Below, piece after piece: positions 9,211 to 18,669 of a stretch of DNA of 60,964 bases (within the stretch, counting starts at the first letter, position 1; every line of letters begins with the position of its first letter). The DNA comes from Candidatus Nanopelagicales bacterium. GTDB taxonomy: Bacteria; Actinomycetota; Actinomycetes; S36-B12; UBA5976. Location of the stretch: the NCBI GenBank assembly GCA_016463095.1, contig JAEMSA010000006.1:1-60964 (forward strand), given 5' to 3'. Under the pieces are notes generated by a model, which searched no databases, was not told where the DNA came from, and saw nothing but the letters and a program-made list of their open reading frames with translations. A program made the translations under genes and the position numbers.

Positions 9211-10403
9211 TGGTTACGCAAAGTGGTGTTAGAAATCCGATTCCAGTACGAGAACCAGATCTTTCAGGTAAACTTTATTACGCTTTAGTGATTGCCACTT
9301 TTGGTTTACTTTTTATAGGTATGGTTATGATTTTGTCAGCATCAACAACTGTTTCATATAAACAATTCAATAATCAGTACATAATTTTCTTAAGACAGTT
9401 AATGTTCGCCGCAATCGGTGTAGTTTTGATGATGGCAATTTCACGATTACCAAAGGTTTTCTTTTTGAAGTGGTCCGTAGTGGCTTTGGTGATTTCAATT
9501 GTGTTGCTGATTTTGGTACTAATTCCAAGTATTGGTATTTCGGTAGCAGGGCAAAGAAACTGGATTAGTTTGTGGGGGCCTTTTAGATTACAACCCAGTG
9601 AAGTTGCGAAATTGACTTTAATTGTGTGGGGATCAGCAGTACTAAGTAAACAGATTCGATCCAAAACAACGACATGGCAAAATTTATTAATTCCAGTATT
9701 CCCAGTGGGATTAATTATTACTGTATTAGTTATTTTTGAAGGAGATCTTGGCACAACTTTAATTATTGGCCCAATTTTATTATCCTTATTTTATGCAGTC
9801 GGTGCACCAATGAAATTATTCACTTGGTCAGCTATGGCTGGGTTATTGGCAATCTTGTATCTGTCGATTCAAGAAACCTATAGAATCCAAAGATTTTTGT
9901 CATGGATTAGTCCCACAGTTGAGAATCAAGATGCAGGTTGGCAGGTGACTCATGGAAAATATGCATTAGCTTCTGGTGGTTGGACTGGCATTGGCTTAGG
10001 AGCAAGTAGAGAAAAGTGGGGCTGGTTGCCGGCTGCTCACACTGATTTTATTTTTGCGGTAGTTGGTGAAGAAATCGGTTTAGTGGGCACAATTATTGTT
10101 TTGATTTTTATTGGCACCATCGCTTATGTGGCGCTAACTTTAGCCAGAGAAACAAACGATCGTTTTACTAAATTGATTGCAACATCAGTCATGGCTTGGA
10201 TTGTGGTGCAATCAATAATTAATATTGGTGCAGTTTTGGGATTGCTTCCAGTAACAGGTGTGCCCTTACCGCTGGTTTCTTATGGTGGTTCTTCTCTGAT
10301 ATTTACCTTGGCTGCAATTGGGGTATTAATGGCAGTTTTAAGATCTGAACCGACTGTGAAAGCTGACTTGAAAAAGAAAAAATCATCAAGAGTGAACAAA
10401 TGA
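9210..10403 (+). CDS. ftsW: Septal peptidoglycan polymerase FtsW
   Basis: LQPSEVAK, LPAAHTDFIFA, TGVPLPLVSYGGSS. Confidence 0.97.
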   Translation: MVTQSGVRNPIPVREPDLSGKLYYALVIATFGLLFIGMVMILSASTTVSYKQFNNQYIIFLRQLMFAAIGVVLMMAISRLPKVFFLKWSVVALVISIVLLILVLIPSIGISVAGQRNWISLWGPFRLQPSEVAKLTLIVWGSAVLSKQIRSKTTTWQNLLIPVFPVGLIITVLVIFEGDLGTTLIIGPILLSLFYAVGAPMKLFTWSAMAGLLAILYLSIQETYRIQRFLSWISPTVENQDAGWQVTHGKYALASGGWTGIGLGASREKWGWLPAAHTDFIFAVVGEEIGLVGTIIVLIFIGTIAYVALTLARETNDRFTKLIATSVMAWIVVQSIINIGAVLGLLPVTGVPLPLVSYGGSSLIFTLAAIGVLMAVLRSEPTVKADLKKKKSSRVNK

Positions 10404-11482
10404 CAGTCATTGCCCTTGCCGCAGGTGGAACGGCAGGTCACATTGAACCAGCAATAGCTTGTGCTAAAGCCATTAAGAACTTAAATAATTTGGTAGAAGT
10501 CTTTATTGTGGGAACAGATAAAGGTTTGGAAAGAAATCTTGTTCCACAAAGGGGTTTAGAACTTTCTTTAATTCCAGCTACTCCCTTGCCCAGGAATTTT
10601 AGTCTTACCATGATCACATTGCCTTTCAGAATGTTAGCTGCTCAAAGAATTGCTCAAAAATTACTAGTAGATAGAAAAGTTGATTGTGTGATTGGCTTTG
10701 GGGCCTATGTTTCCTTACCTGTGTATCTTGCTGCCCGAAAACTTAAAATCCCAATTGTTATTCATGAAGGGAACAAAAAAGCCGGCTTGGCTAATCGCAT
10801 CGGCAGTAGATTTGCCGCCCAGGTTTTTCAAATGTTTCCAGATTCAATTAAGGGTGCCCAAACTGTAGGTATGCCACTTCGCGCAGAGATTTCAAATTTA
10901 GATAAAATATTGATGCGAACAACAGCTAGACAGAATTTCAATTTAGATGAAAATAAACAAACTTTATTGGTTTTTGGTGGATCTCAAGGTGCATCCTCAA
11001 TAAATAGAGTTTTAGTTGATTGTCTTCCAGAATTTGAGAAACTTAACATACAAGTACTGCACGCCATTGGAAATAAAAACACAATTGATCAGAGCACGAA
11101 ACGATTTGGTTTTTATCATGCAGTTTCCTACATTGATAAAATGGAATTGGCTTATGCTGCCGCAGATTTGGTAATTTCCAGAGCAGGTGCCATGACTATT
11201 GCTGAACAAACCGTTTTAGCTATGCCAGCAATTTATGTTCCCTTTGCGGCAGGCAATGGGGAACAAACCAAAAATGTGGCACAACTTGTTAAAGATGGGG
11301 GAGGAATACTTATCCCTGATGCCGAATTGACAGCAGCATTGTTGGTGCAACGAGTAAGCGAACTGATACAAAACCCCAGCAAATTGCAAGAATTGTCACA
11401 GGCCGCCAGTGGTCATGGGTTGCGCGATGCTGACAAGAAAGTTGCTCAAAGCGCGTTAACCTTAGCAAATGCACATAAATAG
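10400..11482 (+). CDS. murG: MurG GlcNAc transferase
   Basis: GGTAGHIEPA, FGGSQGA, ADLVISRAGA. Confidence 0.97.
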   Translation: MTVIALAAGGTAGHIEPAIACAKAIKNLNNLVEVFIVGTDKGLERNLVPQRGLELSLIPATPLPRNFSLTMITLPFRMLAAQRIAQKLLVDRKVDCVIGFGAYVSLPVYLAARKLKIPIVIHEGNKKAGLANRIGSRFAAQVFQMFPDSIKGAQTVGMPLRAEISNLDKILMRTTARQNFNLDENKQTLLVFGGSQGASSINRVLVDCLPEFEKLNIQVLHAIGNKNTIDQSTKRFGFYHAVSYIDKMELAYAAADLVISRAGAMTIAEQTVLAMPAIYVPFAAGNGEQTKNVAQLVKDGGGILIPDAELTAALLVQRVSELIQNPSKLQELSQAASGHGLRDADKKVAQSALTLANAHK

Positions 11483-11491
11483 AGTCAGTAA

Positions 11492-12901
11492 ATGACATTG
11501 AACAAAGAAATTTCCGATTTAGGAAAAGTTCACATTTTAGGTTTAGGTGGTGCAGGCATGTCTGGCATTGCCAGACTGCTGTGTGCACAGGGAGTGGAAG
11601 TTAGTGGCACGGATGCAAAAGAATCAAGAAGACTTGAAGCTTTAAGAAAAATTGGGGTGAAAGTATTTGTGGGACATTCTCCACAAAACTTGAGCGATTG
11701 CCAAACAGTTATTCATTCCACAGCTATAAAAGAAAATAACCCTGAATTAAAAGCAGCCAGAGAAAAGAATTTAAAAGTATTAAGAAGAGCAGATGCTCTA
11801 GGAGTGCTCACCAGACAATTTGAAACTATTGCTGTCTCAGGCACTCACGGCAAAACCACCACTACCTCAATGGTCACCGTTGCCTTACAAGCTTGCGGTG
11901 AGGATCCTTCCTTTGCAATTGGTAGTGAGCTTTCCGAAACTGGTTCAAATGCGCACCTAGGTGAAGGAAACACTTTTGTGGTCGAAGCTGATGAATCAGA
12001 TGGATCATTTCTATTTCTATCACCAAAAGTTGCGGTGGTCACAAATGTTGAAGCAGATCACCTAGATCATTGGAAAACTTTTGAAAACATAGAAAATGCA
12101 TTTGTGGAGTTTTGTGAATTAACTAAAACTAGAGACGGTTTTACAGTTATCTGCTTGGATGACCAAGGCGGTAAAAATTTGGTAGAGAAAGTAAAAATAA
12201 AAGGTGTAAAAGTTATCACTTATGGAACAAACCAGTTAAGTGATTTACAAATTACAAACTTAAAACTGGGTCTTCCTGGACCAAGTTTTGAAGTCGTATA
12301 TCTTGGCCAGAACCTAGGCAAGATTCAATTGAAAGTGTTGGGTTTACATAATGCTCTCAACGCTGCTGCAGCTCTTTGCGTTGGGTTAGGTTTAGGAAAA
12401 GATTTTGCAAGTTTGAGAAATGGTATTTCCAAATTCACCGGTACAAAAAGAAGATTTGAATATAAAGGAAGTGCAGATGGGATCAGAGTTTATGACGATT
12501 ACGCCCATCACCCAACAGAAATTGAGGCAACACTAAAAGCTGCCCGAGAAGTTGTTCAAGGGGGAAGTGTTGTGGTCGCTTTTCAGGCGCACCATTATTA
12601 CCGCACTGCGCTATTTAATAAAGAATTCGGTGCAGCTCTTGGATTAGCAGATCAAGTAGTGGTGTTAGAAGTTTTTGCACCTGGAGAAGAGGCAATTCCT
12701 GGAGCAAGTGGTCAAACAATGGCATCACTTGTGCCGCTGCCACCAGATCAAGTTATTTTCGAACCTTCCTGGTCAAAAGTTGCTCAACAACTAGTTAACA
12801 GAGCAAAACCAAATGACATCATTATGACTTTAGGAGCTGGAGATATTGGACTACTAGCACCAGAGGTTCTTACTCTTTTAGAAGCCCGACAGAAATCGTG
12901 A
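11492..12901 (+). CDS. murC: UDP-MurNAc:L-Ala ligase MurC
   Basis: GGAGMSG, GTHGKTTT, EADESDGSF, DDYAHHPTE. Confidence 0.97.
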   Translation: MTLNKEISDLGKVHILGLGGAGMSGIARLLCAQGVEVSGTDAKESRRLEALRKIGVKVFVGHSPQNLSDCQTVIHSTAIKENNPELKAAREKNLKVLRRADALGVLTRQFETIAVSGTHGKTTTTSMVTVALQACGEDPSFAIGSELSETGSNAHLGEGNTFVVEADESDGSFLFLSPKVAVVTNVEADHLDHWKTFENIENAFVEFCELTKTRDGFTVICLDDQGGKNLVEKVKIKGVKVITYGTNQLSDLQITNLKLGLPGPSFEVVYLGQNLGKIQLKVLGLHNALNAAAALCVGLGLGKDFASLRNGISKFTGTKRRFEYKGSADGIRVYDDYAHHPTEIEATLKAAREVVQGGSVVVAFQAHHYYRTALFNKEFGAALGLADQVVVLEVFAPGEEAIPGASGQTMASLVPLPPDQVIFEPSWSKVAQQLVNRAKPNDIIMTLGAGDIGLLAPEVLTLLEARQKS

Positions 12902-13563
12902 TTAGAAAGAAAACTCGTCGAAGAATTCTTTTTGTCCTAATTTTAATATCAGCACTGGCTTCAACATTTTTTTATATTGGTTGGTACTCAAATTTATTAA
13001 TTGTGAAAACTATTGAAGTCAGGGGAGCCAAAGAAGTACCAGTTCAAGTAATCACTAAAACAGCCAATGTGAATTTGAATACCCAATTGTTTCGTGTGCC
13101 GATAGCCAGTGTGGCTGAAAGACTCAGCACGATCTCTCAAATAGGCAGAGCCGATGTGAGAAGAGGATGGCCTTCTACGTTGGTTATTGAAATTAGTGAA
13201 AGATCCCCAGTTGCGCTAACCGATATGGCGGCAGGCAGATTCTTAGTTGATCAATCCGGTTTCCCATATCTACCAGCACCAGTTGCTGCCAATTTTCCGT
13301 TAATAAGTGGACCAGATGATAAATCTCGGGCCGCCAGCATTTTAGTTTGGCAAAGTTTTCCTGACTGGTTAAAAGCCGAAATCACAATCACTAATGCAGA
13401 AAACCCAAACTCGATTTGGTTAATGATGACTAGTGGCAGAAAAGTTTTATGGGGCAGTGTTGATAAATCTCAAGATAAGAGTGCTGTGTTAAAAGTTTTA
13501 AGAAGAATGGCAGGTTCAACATACGATGTTTCCATACCTGAATTTCCGGTAGTCAAACCTTAA
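12898..13563 (+). CDS. ftsQ: Cell division protein FtsQ/DivIB
   Basis: Basic N-terminus, TM, POTRA region (VRRGWPSTLVIEISER), C-terminal YDVS motif; follows murC. Confidence 0.9.
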   Translation: MIRKKTRRRILFVLILISALASTFFYIGWYSNLLIVKTIEVRGAKEVPVQVITKTANVNLNTQLFRVPIASVAERLSTISQIGRADVRRGWPSTLVIEISERSPVALTDMAAGRFLVDQSGFPYLPAPVAANFPLISGPDDKSRAASILVWQSFPDWLKAEITITNAENPNSIWLMMTSGRKVLWGSVDKSQDKSAVLKVLRRMAGSTYDVSIPEFPVVKP

Positions 13564-15420
13564 TCAAAAAGGAATATCTTCATCGTTTTCGCTAACTTCA
13601 GCTAACGATGCAGAAAGACCTAAAGCTTTAGCAACCCGATCATCGTTACTTAGTAACGGGATCGAAGAATTCTCAATAATTTCACCAGTTTTAAGATCAA
13701 CTTGTAGTCCACCGATATCTGCTTTTACTTGTTCGGCATTGGCAAATTCGCACCACTGGCTTACTTTGCACCAATTACAAGGTGGATTAGCAGAAGGTGC
13801 AAAAAGTGTGTCACTAGCCCAGGTATCTACTTGCTCAGCTAATTGTGACCATGCTGCAAGTTTAACTTTTTCATCATCACAATCCCAGGTGATGATTTTA
13901 CATTCATCACTGGATATGAGTTCTAATTCAACTCGTTTATTTGTAAAATTACCAAGTTTTGTCAAAACATCTTTGGGTAAAGCATTTTCAACCATCAATC
14001 TTATTGCTAATGGCAATTGTGGATAAATGTTGAAATAGATATCATTTTCTAAATCTTTGATACTGGAAACTGTTTTCATTTCTCGCCACACCAAATCTTC
14101 ACCATTTTTATAAATAAGATCAGGTCTTGTGCTGACTGAAATATCTGCATCAGTATCAAGGGCCTCCACCGCTATTTCAGTGGCAACTTGAGAATCACTA
14201 TTTATAGGACAAGTTAATTGATGCTGAGCAAGAAACGGTAACGCAACATTTGCTTCATCTTGATTCCAACTGAGCTCTGTAGCTATTACTCCTAGTGTTG
14301 TTGGCGTTGGCAGCTCAGTTTTTTCGCAAGCTTTTGATCTTTTGTGTGCTTGCTCTAACCAAGCATGAACCAGCAAACCTCTTTGTTGAGCTGAGTTTTG
14401 AGTTTCCGGTTTGGTTCTTAAGCCAAGTTCATCTTGCAAAAAATACTGTCGCGGACATCTTCGATAAGTATGAAACTTTGAAGGTGAATAAGCCTTAGGC
14501 CAAGGAGCAAAAGCAGTAATACCTAGTAACCCTGGTCGATTAGGTAAAGTTTCACACATCGTGTTAGCTCTGCAGCTTCTACAATTTGGTCCAGACTTTT
14601 GTGTGCCTCCTTTAACGCGTTCAATAATTGTGGGCAAAGATTTTGTAAACATTTGACGAGCATCTTCCACACTTGTTGTTAAAACAATTGCTTGACTGGC
14701 ATCAAGGCAACCAATTTCCCTGATTCGGACATTTTGAGCTGGTGCTAAAACTTTATAAATTGGATCTCGTGGAGAACTCCAACTTGGTTCACTGTGTGGA
14801 ACCCCGTCGGCCAGAATTCGGGCTATCACTCCTGCTCTAACAGGGTTAAGCGTTGTCAAACCAGCTCTAGAAAATTTAAGAGCCCTAAATTCTCTAACTT
14901 TTCCATCATGGGAAGTTAAATAGATTCCCCAGGCAAACCATTCTGTATGTGAATCTTCGGTGTCATCAAATGCTTGAATTACTTCCAAGTCAGTGAAATC
15001 AATATTGTGTGCCATATCTTCAACGCGAGCTTTTTCCCAAGCAGTCAAATACCCAACTAATGCATCAATAGCCCATAACTTATGAGATTTTTCAACTTGG
15101 CCACGGGATTTACTAATCGCTTCAGTAATTGCACTTTCAGCGATCTCATCTTTGTCTTCAAATTCGTGAATCACTTTTTCGTTACTAATACTGGACAAAA
15201 GTGCATCTCTAACAATTCCTAATGGAAAAGATTCAAACGGGGGATAGCGAAGTTGTAAGTATCCTTCCCCAATTTTTGCGGCAGGTCTTGATTTAAGTGA
15301 AATAAAATCATGGCAAGCTCTGTTGTTTTCTGCACCGACTTGCGAAGCAGAAATTCTTAAGAAACCTGCTGTGGTTACCGGAAAACCAGGAAACCAGTCT
15401 TGCGGAATTTGAGTGGTCAT
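13564..15420 (-). CDS. Tandem-domain PD-(D/E)XK (RecB/Cas4-like) Fe-S nuclease family protein with acidic DIPF tail
   Basis: C-terminal domain: SPSKF..C322PRQY, RGLLVHAWLE, RP-D434, E447-M-K449, YPQL, C548xxC551x5C557. N-terminal domain repeats the S-x-S..C36 and C280xxC283x5C289 pattern. Confidence 0.85.
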   Translation of the reverse strand: MTTQIPQDWFPGFPVTTAGFLRISASQVGAENNRACHDFISLKSRPAAKIGEGYLQLRYPPFESFPLGIVRDALLSSISNEKVIHEFEDKDEIAESAITEAISKSRGQVEKSHKLWAIDALVGYLTAWEKARVEDMAHNIDFTDLEVIQAFDDTEDSHTEWFAWGIYLTSHDGKVREFRALKFSRAGLTTLNPVRAGVIARILADGVPHSEPSWSSPRDPIYKVLAPAQNVRIREIGCLDASQAIVLTTSVEDARQMFTKSLPTIIERVKGGTQKSGPNCRSCRANTMCETLPNRPGLLGITAFAPWPKAYSPSKFHTYRRCPRQYFLQDELGLRTKPETQNSAQQRGLLVHAWLEQAHKRSKACEKTELPTPTTLGVIATELSWNQDEANVALPFLAQHQLTCPINSDSQVATEIAVEALDTDADISVSTRPDLIYKNGEDLVWREMKTVSSIKDLENDIYFNIYPQLPLAIRLMVENALPKDVLTKLGNFTNKRVELELISSDECKIITWDCDDEKVKLAAWSQLAEQVDTWASDTLFAPSANPPCNWCKVSQWCEFANAEQVKADIGGLQVDLKTGEIIENSSIPLLSNDDRVAKALGLSASLAEVSENDEDIPF

Positions 15421-16343
15421 AATTCTGGTTCTCCGAAGGGCAACATTTCCATTCCAGCATTTGGATTACTTGCTTTACTGCGGACTCTTTTTTCGACGTT
15501 TAAAGTTGCTAACAAACTTTCAGATTCAGAGGTCCCAGGAATAGGGGCTTTGGAGGTTTTTGCTGGACAAGCTTTTATGAAGGCACAAGATTTGCAAGGG
15601 TTACCAGGATTTGCCATCCAAGTTTGTTTTTCTAAAGAAGAATCCATTTTTCTTCTGGTGGTAACTAAATGTTGAACAGCTCGATCAAGTGCAGATTTAT
15701 AGGTAGGTCTTCTAACTCGATCTCTGCCAGGTAAATAAATGAGTTCTACTTCTCCAACATCTAAACCGTTTTCTTTCAAACCAGCTGCATAAAGCATCAC
15801 TTGGCGTAGCGAATCAGTTAAATACTGTGGAGCTGGTCTTTTGGATGTTTTGTAGTCAGTAATGCGCACCACACCATCTCGAGTCATTCGATCTAGTCGC
15901 CCATAAAGTTTCACAGATTCAAAAATGGCGGTCACTGGTCGTTCTAGATCTTCCAGATCAATATTTAGTTGGGTAGGGTCTTCCAAGTCAAAATATCCCT
16001 TGAGTGACTCAGCACTTTTATCCTTAAGTGTTACTAAATCTTCCTCTTTTAACCAAGACTTGTTGTGATCAATAACAACTTCACCTGTATCGCGTAATAA
16101 ATTCCAGGCCACTTCTTTGGTTCTATTTTCTGCTTTAATCTTTAAAAAATTCTCTAAAACATCATGAACAAGTGTGCCAATTATTTGAGGCAAACCTGCA
16201 GGTTCACGCCATCCTGCAACAGATGAGAACCAGTAGGCCAAAGAGCATCTATCAAAACTTGATAGTTGACTGGGCGAGACATGCTTTGGTAGTTGATTAC
16301 CAATATCAGCTACTTGTACGGCAACCAGTTTTTCTTCTGACAT
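15417..16343 (-). CDS. RecB-family/Cas4-like PD-(D/E)XK exonuclease with Fe-S cysteines
   Basis: SPSQL..C33, GTLVHDVLE, GRL-D151-R, D163-Y-K165, QVMLYA, C250xxC253x5C259; ATGA overlap with the downstream nuclease gene. Confidence 0.9.
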   Translation of the reverse strand: MSEEKLVAVQVADIGNQLPKHVSPSQLSSFDRCSLAYWFSSVAGWREPAGLPQIIGTLVHDVLENFLKIKAENRTKEVAWNLLRDTGEVVIDHNKSWLKEEDLVTLKDKSAESLKGYFDLEDPTQLNIDLEDLERPVTAIFESVKLYGRLDRMTRDGVVRITDYKTSKRPAPQYLTDSLRQVMLYAAGLKENGLDVGEVELIYLPGRDRVRRPTYKSALDRAVQHLVTTRRKMDSSLEKQTWMANPGNPCKSCAFIKACPAKTSKAPIPGTSESESLLATLNVEKRVRSKASNPNAGMEMLPFGEPEL

Positions 16344-16373
16344 TGCTCTATTTTTCGAATGTGTAGAAAACTT

Positions 16374-16952
16374 TCATCTACATCGACTTAACAGCGGAAA
16401 CAACCTTGGACAATGAATCTTTAGCATCACCAAATAATAATGTTGTTTTGTCGTTGAAAAGTAATTCGTTTTCCACACCACACCATCTCGAGTCATTCGA
16501 TCTAGTCGCCCATAAAGTTTCACAGATTCAAAAATGGCGGTCACTGGTCGTTCTAGATCTTCCAGATCAATATTTAGTTGGGTAGGGTCTTCCAAGTCAA
16601 AATATCCCTTGAGTGACTCAGCACTTTTATCCTTAAGTGTTACTAAATCTTCCTCTTTTAACCAAGACTTGTTGTGATCAATAACAACTTCACCTGTATC
16701 GCGTAATAAATTCCAGGCCACTTCTTTGGTTCTATTTTCTGCTTTAATCTTTAAAAAATTCTCTAAAACATCATGAACAAGTGTGCCAATTATTTGAGGC
16801 AAACCTGCAGGTTCACGCCATCCTGCAACAGATGAGAACCAGTAGGCCAAAGAGCATCTATCAAAACTTGATAGTTGACTGGGCGAGACATGCTTTGGTA
16901 GTTGATTACCAATATCAGCTACTTGTACGGCAACCAGTTTTTCTTCTGACAT
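16374..16952 (-). pseudogene. Truncated/chimeric copy of the RecB-family nuclease (aa 1-159 identical plus 33 aa out-of-frame pntB-derived tail)
   Basis: Identical to the 15417-16343 product up to RDGVV; lacks DYK and the CxxC-x5-C cysteines. Confidence 0.85.
16378..16479 (-). pseudogene. Duplicated 3' fragment of pntB
   Basis: Same sequence as 16987-17088 (end of pntB), carried by the 609-bp duplication. Confidence 0.85.
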
Positions 16953-16986
16953 TGCTCTATTTTTCGAATGTGTAGAAAACTTTCAT

Positions 16987-18363
16987 CTACATCGACTTAA
17001 CAGCGGAAACAACCTTGGACAATGAATCTTTAGCATCACCAAATAATAATGTTGTTTTGTCGTTGAAAAGTAATTCGTTTTCCACACCTGCAAAACCTGG
17101 GCGCATGGAACGCTTCATAAATACAACTTGTTCAGCTTGATCGGCATTAAGAATTGGCATCCCGAAAATTGGGGAAGTCTTGTCTGTTCTGGCAGCAGGA
17201 TTTACTACGTCATTTGCTCCCACCACCACAGCTACAGTGGCACTGGCAAATTCGGAATTAATTTCATCCATTTCTTTTAATTGCTCATAAGGAACATCAG
17301 CTTCGGCAAGTAAAACGTTCATATGCCCAGGCATGCGCCCTGCCACTGGATGAATTGCGTATTCAACTTCTACACCTTTAGAGATTAATAAATCAACTAA
17401 TTCTCTTAAAGATTGTTGCGCTTGAGCAACCGCTAAACCATAACCTGGAACAATAATCACTTTCGATGCATAAGCAAGCATGATGGCAATGTCGGTTGGT
17501 CCAGCACTTTTAACTGGTCGATCAACTGCAGAAGTTGCTGCAGTAGTTGCTCTGGCAGTGAAGGCACCAAACAAAGTTGCAGTTAAAGGTCTTCCCATAG
17601 CTTTAGCCATAAGTTGGGTTAATAACGTTCCGGACGCTCCAACTAAAGTACCGGCAACTAATAACAAAACGTTATCTAATACGTAACCACTTGCTGCTAC
17701 AGATAATCCAGTAAATGCATTTAACAAACTGATCACAATTGGAACATCTGCGCCACCCACGGGAAGTACAAACAAAATTCCCATAACTAAAGACAAACCA
17801 ACCAGAGTCCACAAGGCCCAATTTTCTGGGCTAATTAATAAGTAAACAGACATTACTAAAGTTGCGATTGCTGTACCTATTGTTATGAAACGACCAAAAG
17901 GTAATACAACTGGTCTGGAAGTCATTAATTCTTGCAATTTTAAAAATGTAACTATAGATCCGGTAAAAGAGATTGAACCGATGACGACTGTGAAAACTGT
18001 GGCAAACAAAGCAACAAATCCATCTGTTGTTCCAGATTTTAAGAATTCAATTGAGGAAACAGCCATAGCTGCTCCGCCGCCCACACCGTTAAACAATGCC
18101 ACCATTTGGGGCATCTGTGTCATTTGAACTCTTTTAGCTGCTACATAACCAACAATTGTTCCGATTGCCACGGCTATTAAAATTAATGTTAAATGTTTTA
18201 AATTACTTTCAGAAAAGAAAACAATAGCTACAGCTGCAATCGCCCCAACAGCACCAATTCTATTTCCAAGACGTGCAGTTTTTGGTGAGGACAAAGCTTT
18301 TAGTGCCAAAATGAAAGCAAGTGCTGCACCTAGATTTGCTAACTGTGACCAGGCTGGTGTCAT
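16987..18363 (-). CDS. pntB: NAD(P)+ transhydrogenase beta subunit
   Basis: GGADVPIVISLLN, VPGYGLAVAQAQ, AIHPVAGRMPGHMNVLLAEA, GANDVVNPAA. Confidence 0.98.
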   Translation of the reverse strand: MTPAWSQLANLGAALAFILALKALSSPKTARLGNRIGAVGAIAAVAIVFFSESNLKHLTLILIAVAIGTIVGYVAAKRVQMTQMPQMVALFNGVGGGAAMAVSSIEFLKSGTTDGFVALFATVFTVVIGSISFTGSIVTFLKLQELMTSRPVVLPFGRFITIGTAIATLVMSVYLLISPENWALWTLVGLSLVMGILFVLPVGGADVPIVISLLNAFTGLSVAASGYVLDNVLLLVAGTLVGASGTLLTQLMAKAMGRPLTATLFGAFTARATTAATSAVDRPVKSAGPTDIAIMLAYASKVIIVPGYGLAVAQAQQSLRELVDLLISKGVEVEYAIHPVAGRMPGHMNVLLAEADVPYEQLKEMDEINSEFASATVAVVVGANDVVNPAARTDKTSPIFGMPILNADQAEQVVFMKRSMRPGFAGVENELLFNDKTTLLFGDAKDSLSKVVSAVKSM

Positions 18364-18665
18364 TTCTTCTCACCAACTTTGTTTGATTTCTTTGATTTAA
18401 ATAACTCAAGCATGCGATCAGTTACTACAAAACCACCGACCATATTAATAGTTGCCAAAACAATTGCAAATAAACCAAGAACTAATTCCAAATTATTATC
18501 GGCATGACCTGTGACGATGATTGCCCCAACAAGAATTACACCGTGAATTGCGTTAGCTCCAGACATCAAAGGAGTGTGCAAGATTGTGGAAACTTTGGAA
18601 ACAACTTCAAAACCAACAAAAATGCTTAAGATAAATATTGTTAAAAATGCAATTTCGATACTCAT
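18360..18665 (-). CDS. pntAB: NAD(P)+ transhydrogenase alpha-2 (membrane) subunit
   Basis: LHTPLMSGANAIHG, GGFVVTDRML. Confidence 0.96.
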   Translation of the reverse strand: MSIEIAFLTIFILSIFVGFEVVSKVSTILHTPLMSGANAIHGVILVGAIIVTGHADNNLELVLGLFAIVLATINMVGGFVVTDRMLELFKSKKSNKVGEKK

Positions 18666-18669
18666 CTAA

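Larger units (their letters stand above)
15867..17088. repeat. Direct tandem duplication, 609-bp unit (15867-16475, 16476-17084) plus 4-bp CACC junction microhomology
   Basis: Sequence repeats at offset 609 and ORF translations are identical; identity breaks at 15866/16475 and 16480/17089. Confidence 0.95.

Noticed and set aside
13564-17088. CRISPR-Cas locus suggested by Cas4-like proteins
   Set aside because: No repeat-spacer array and no cas1, cas2 or effector genes anywhere in the window
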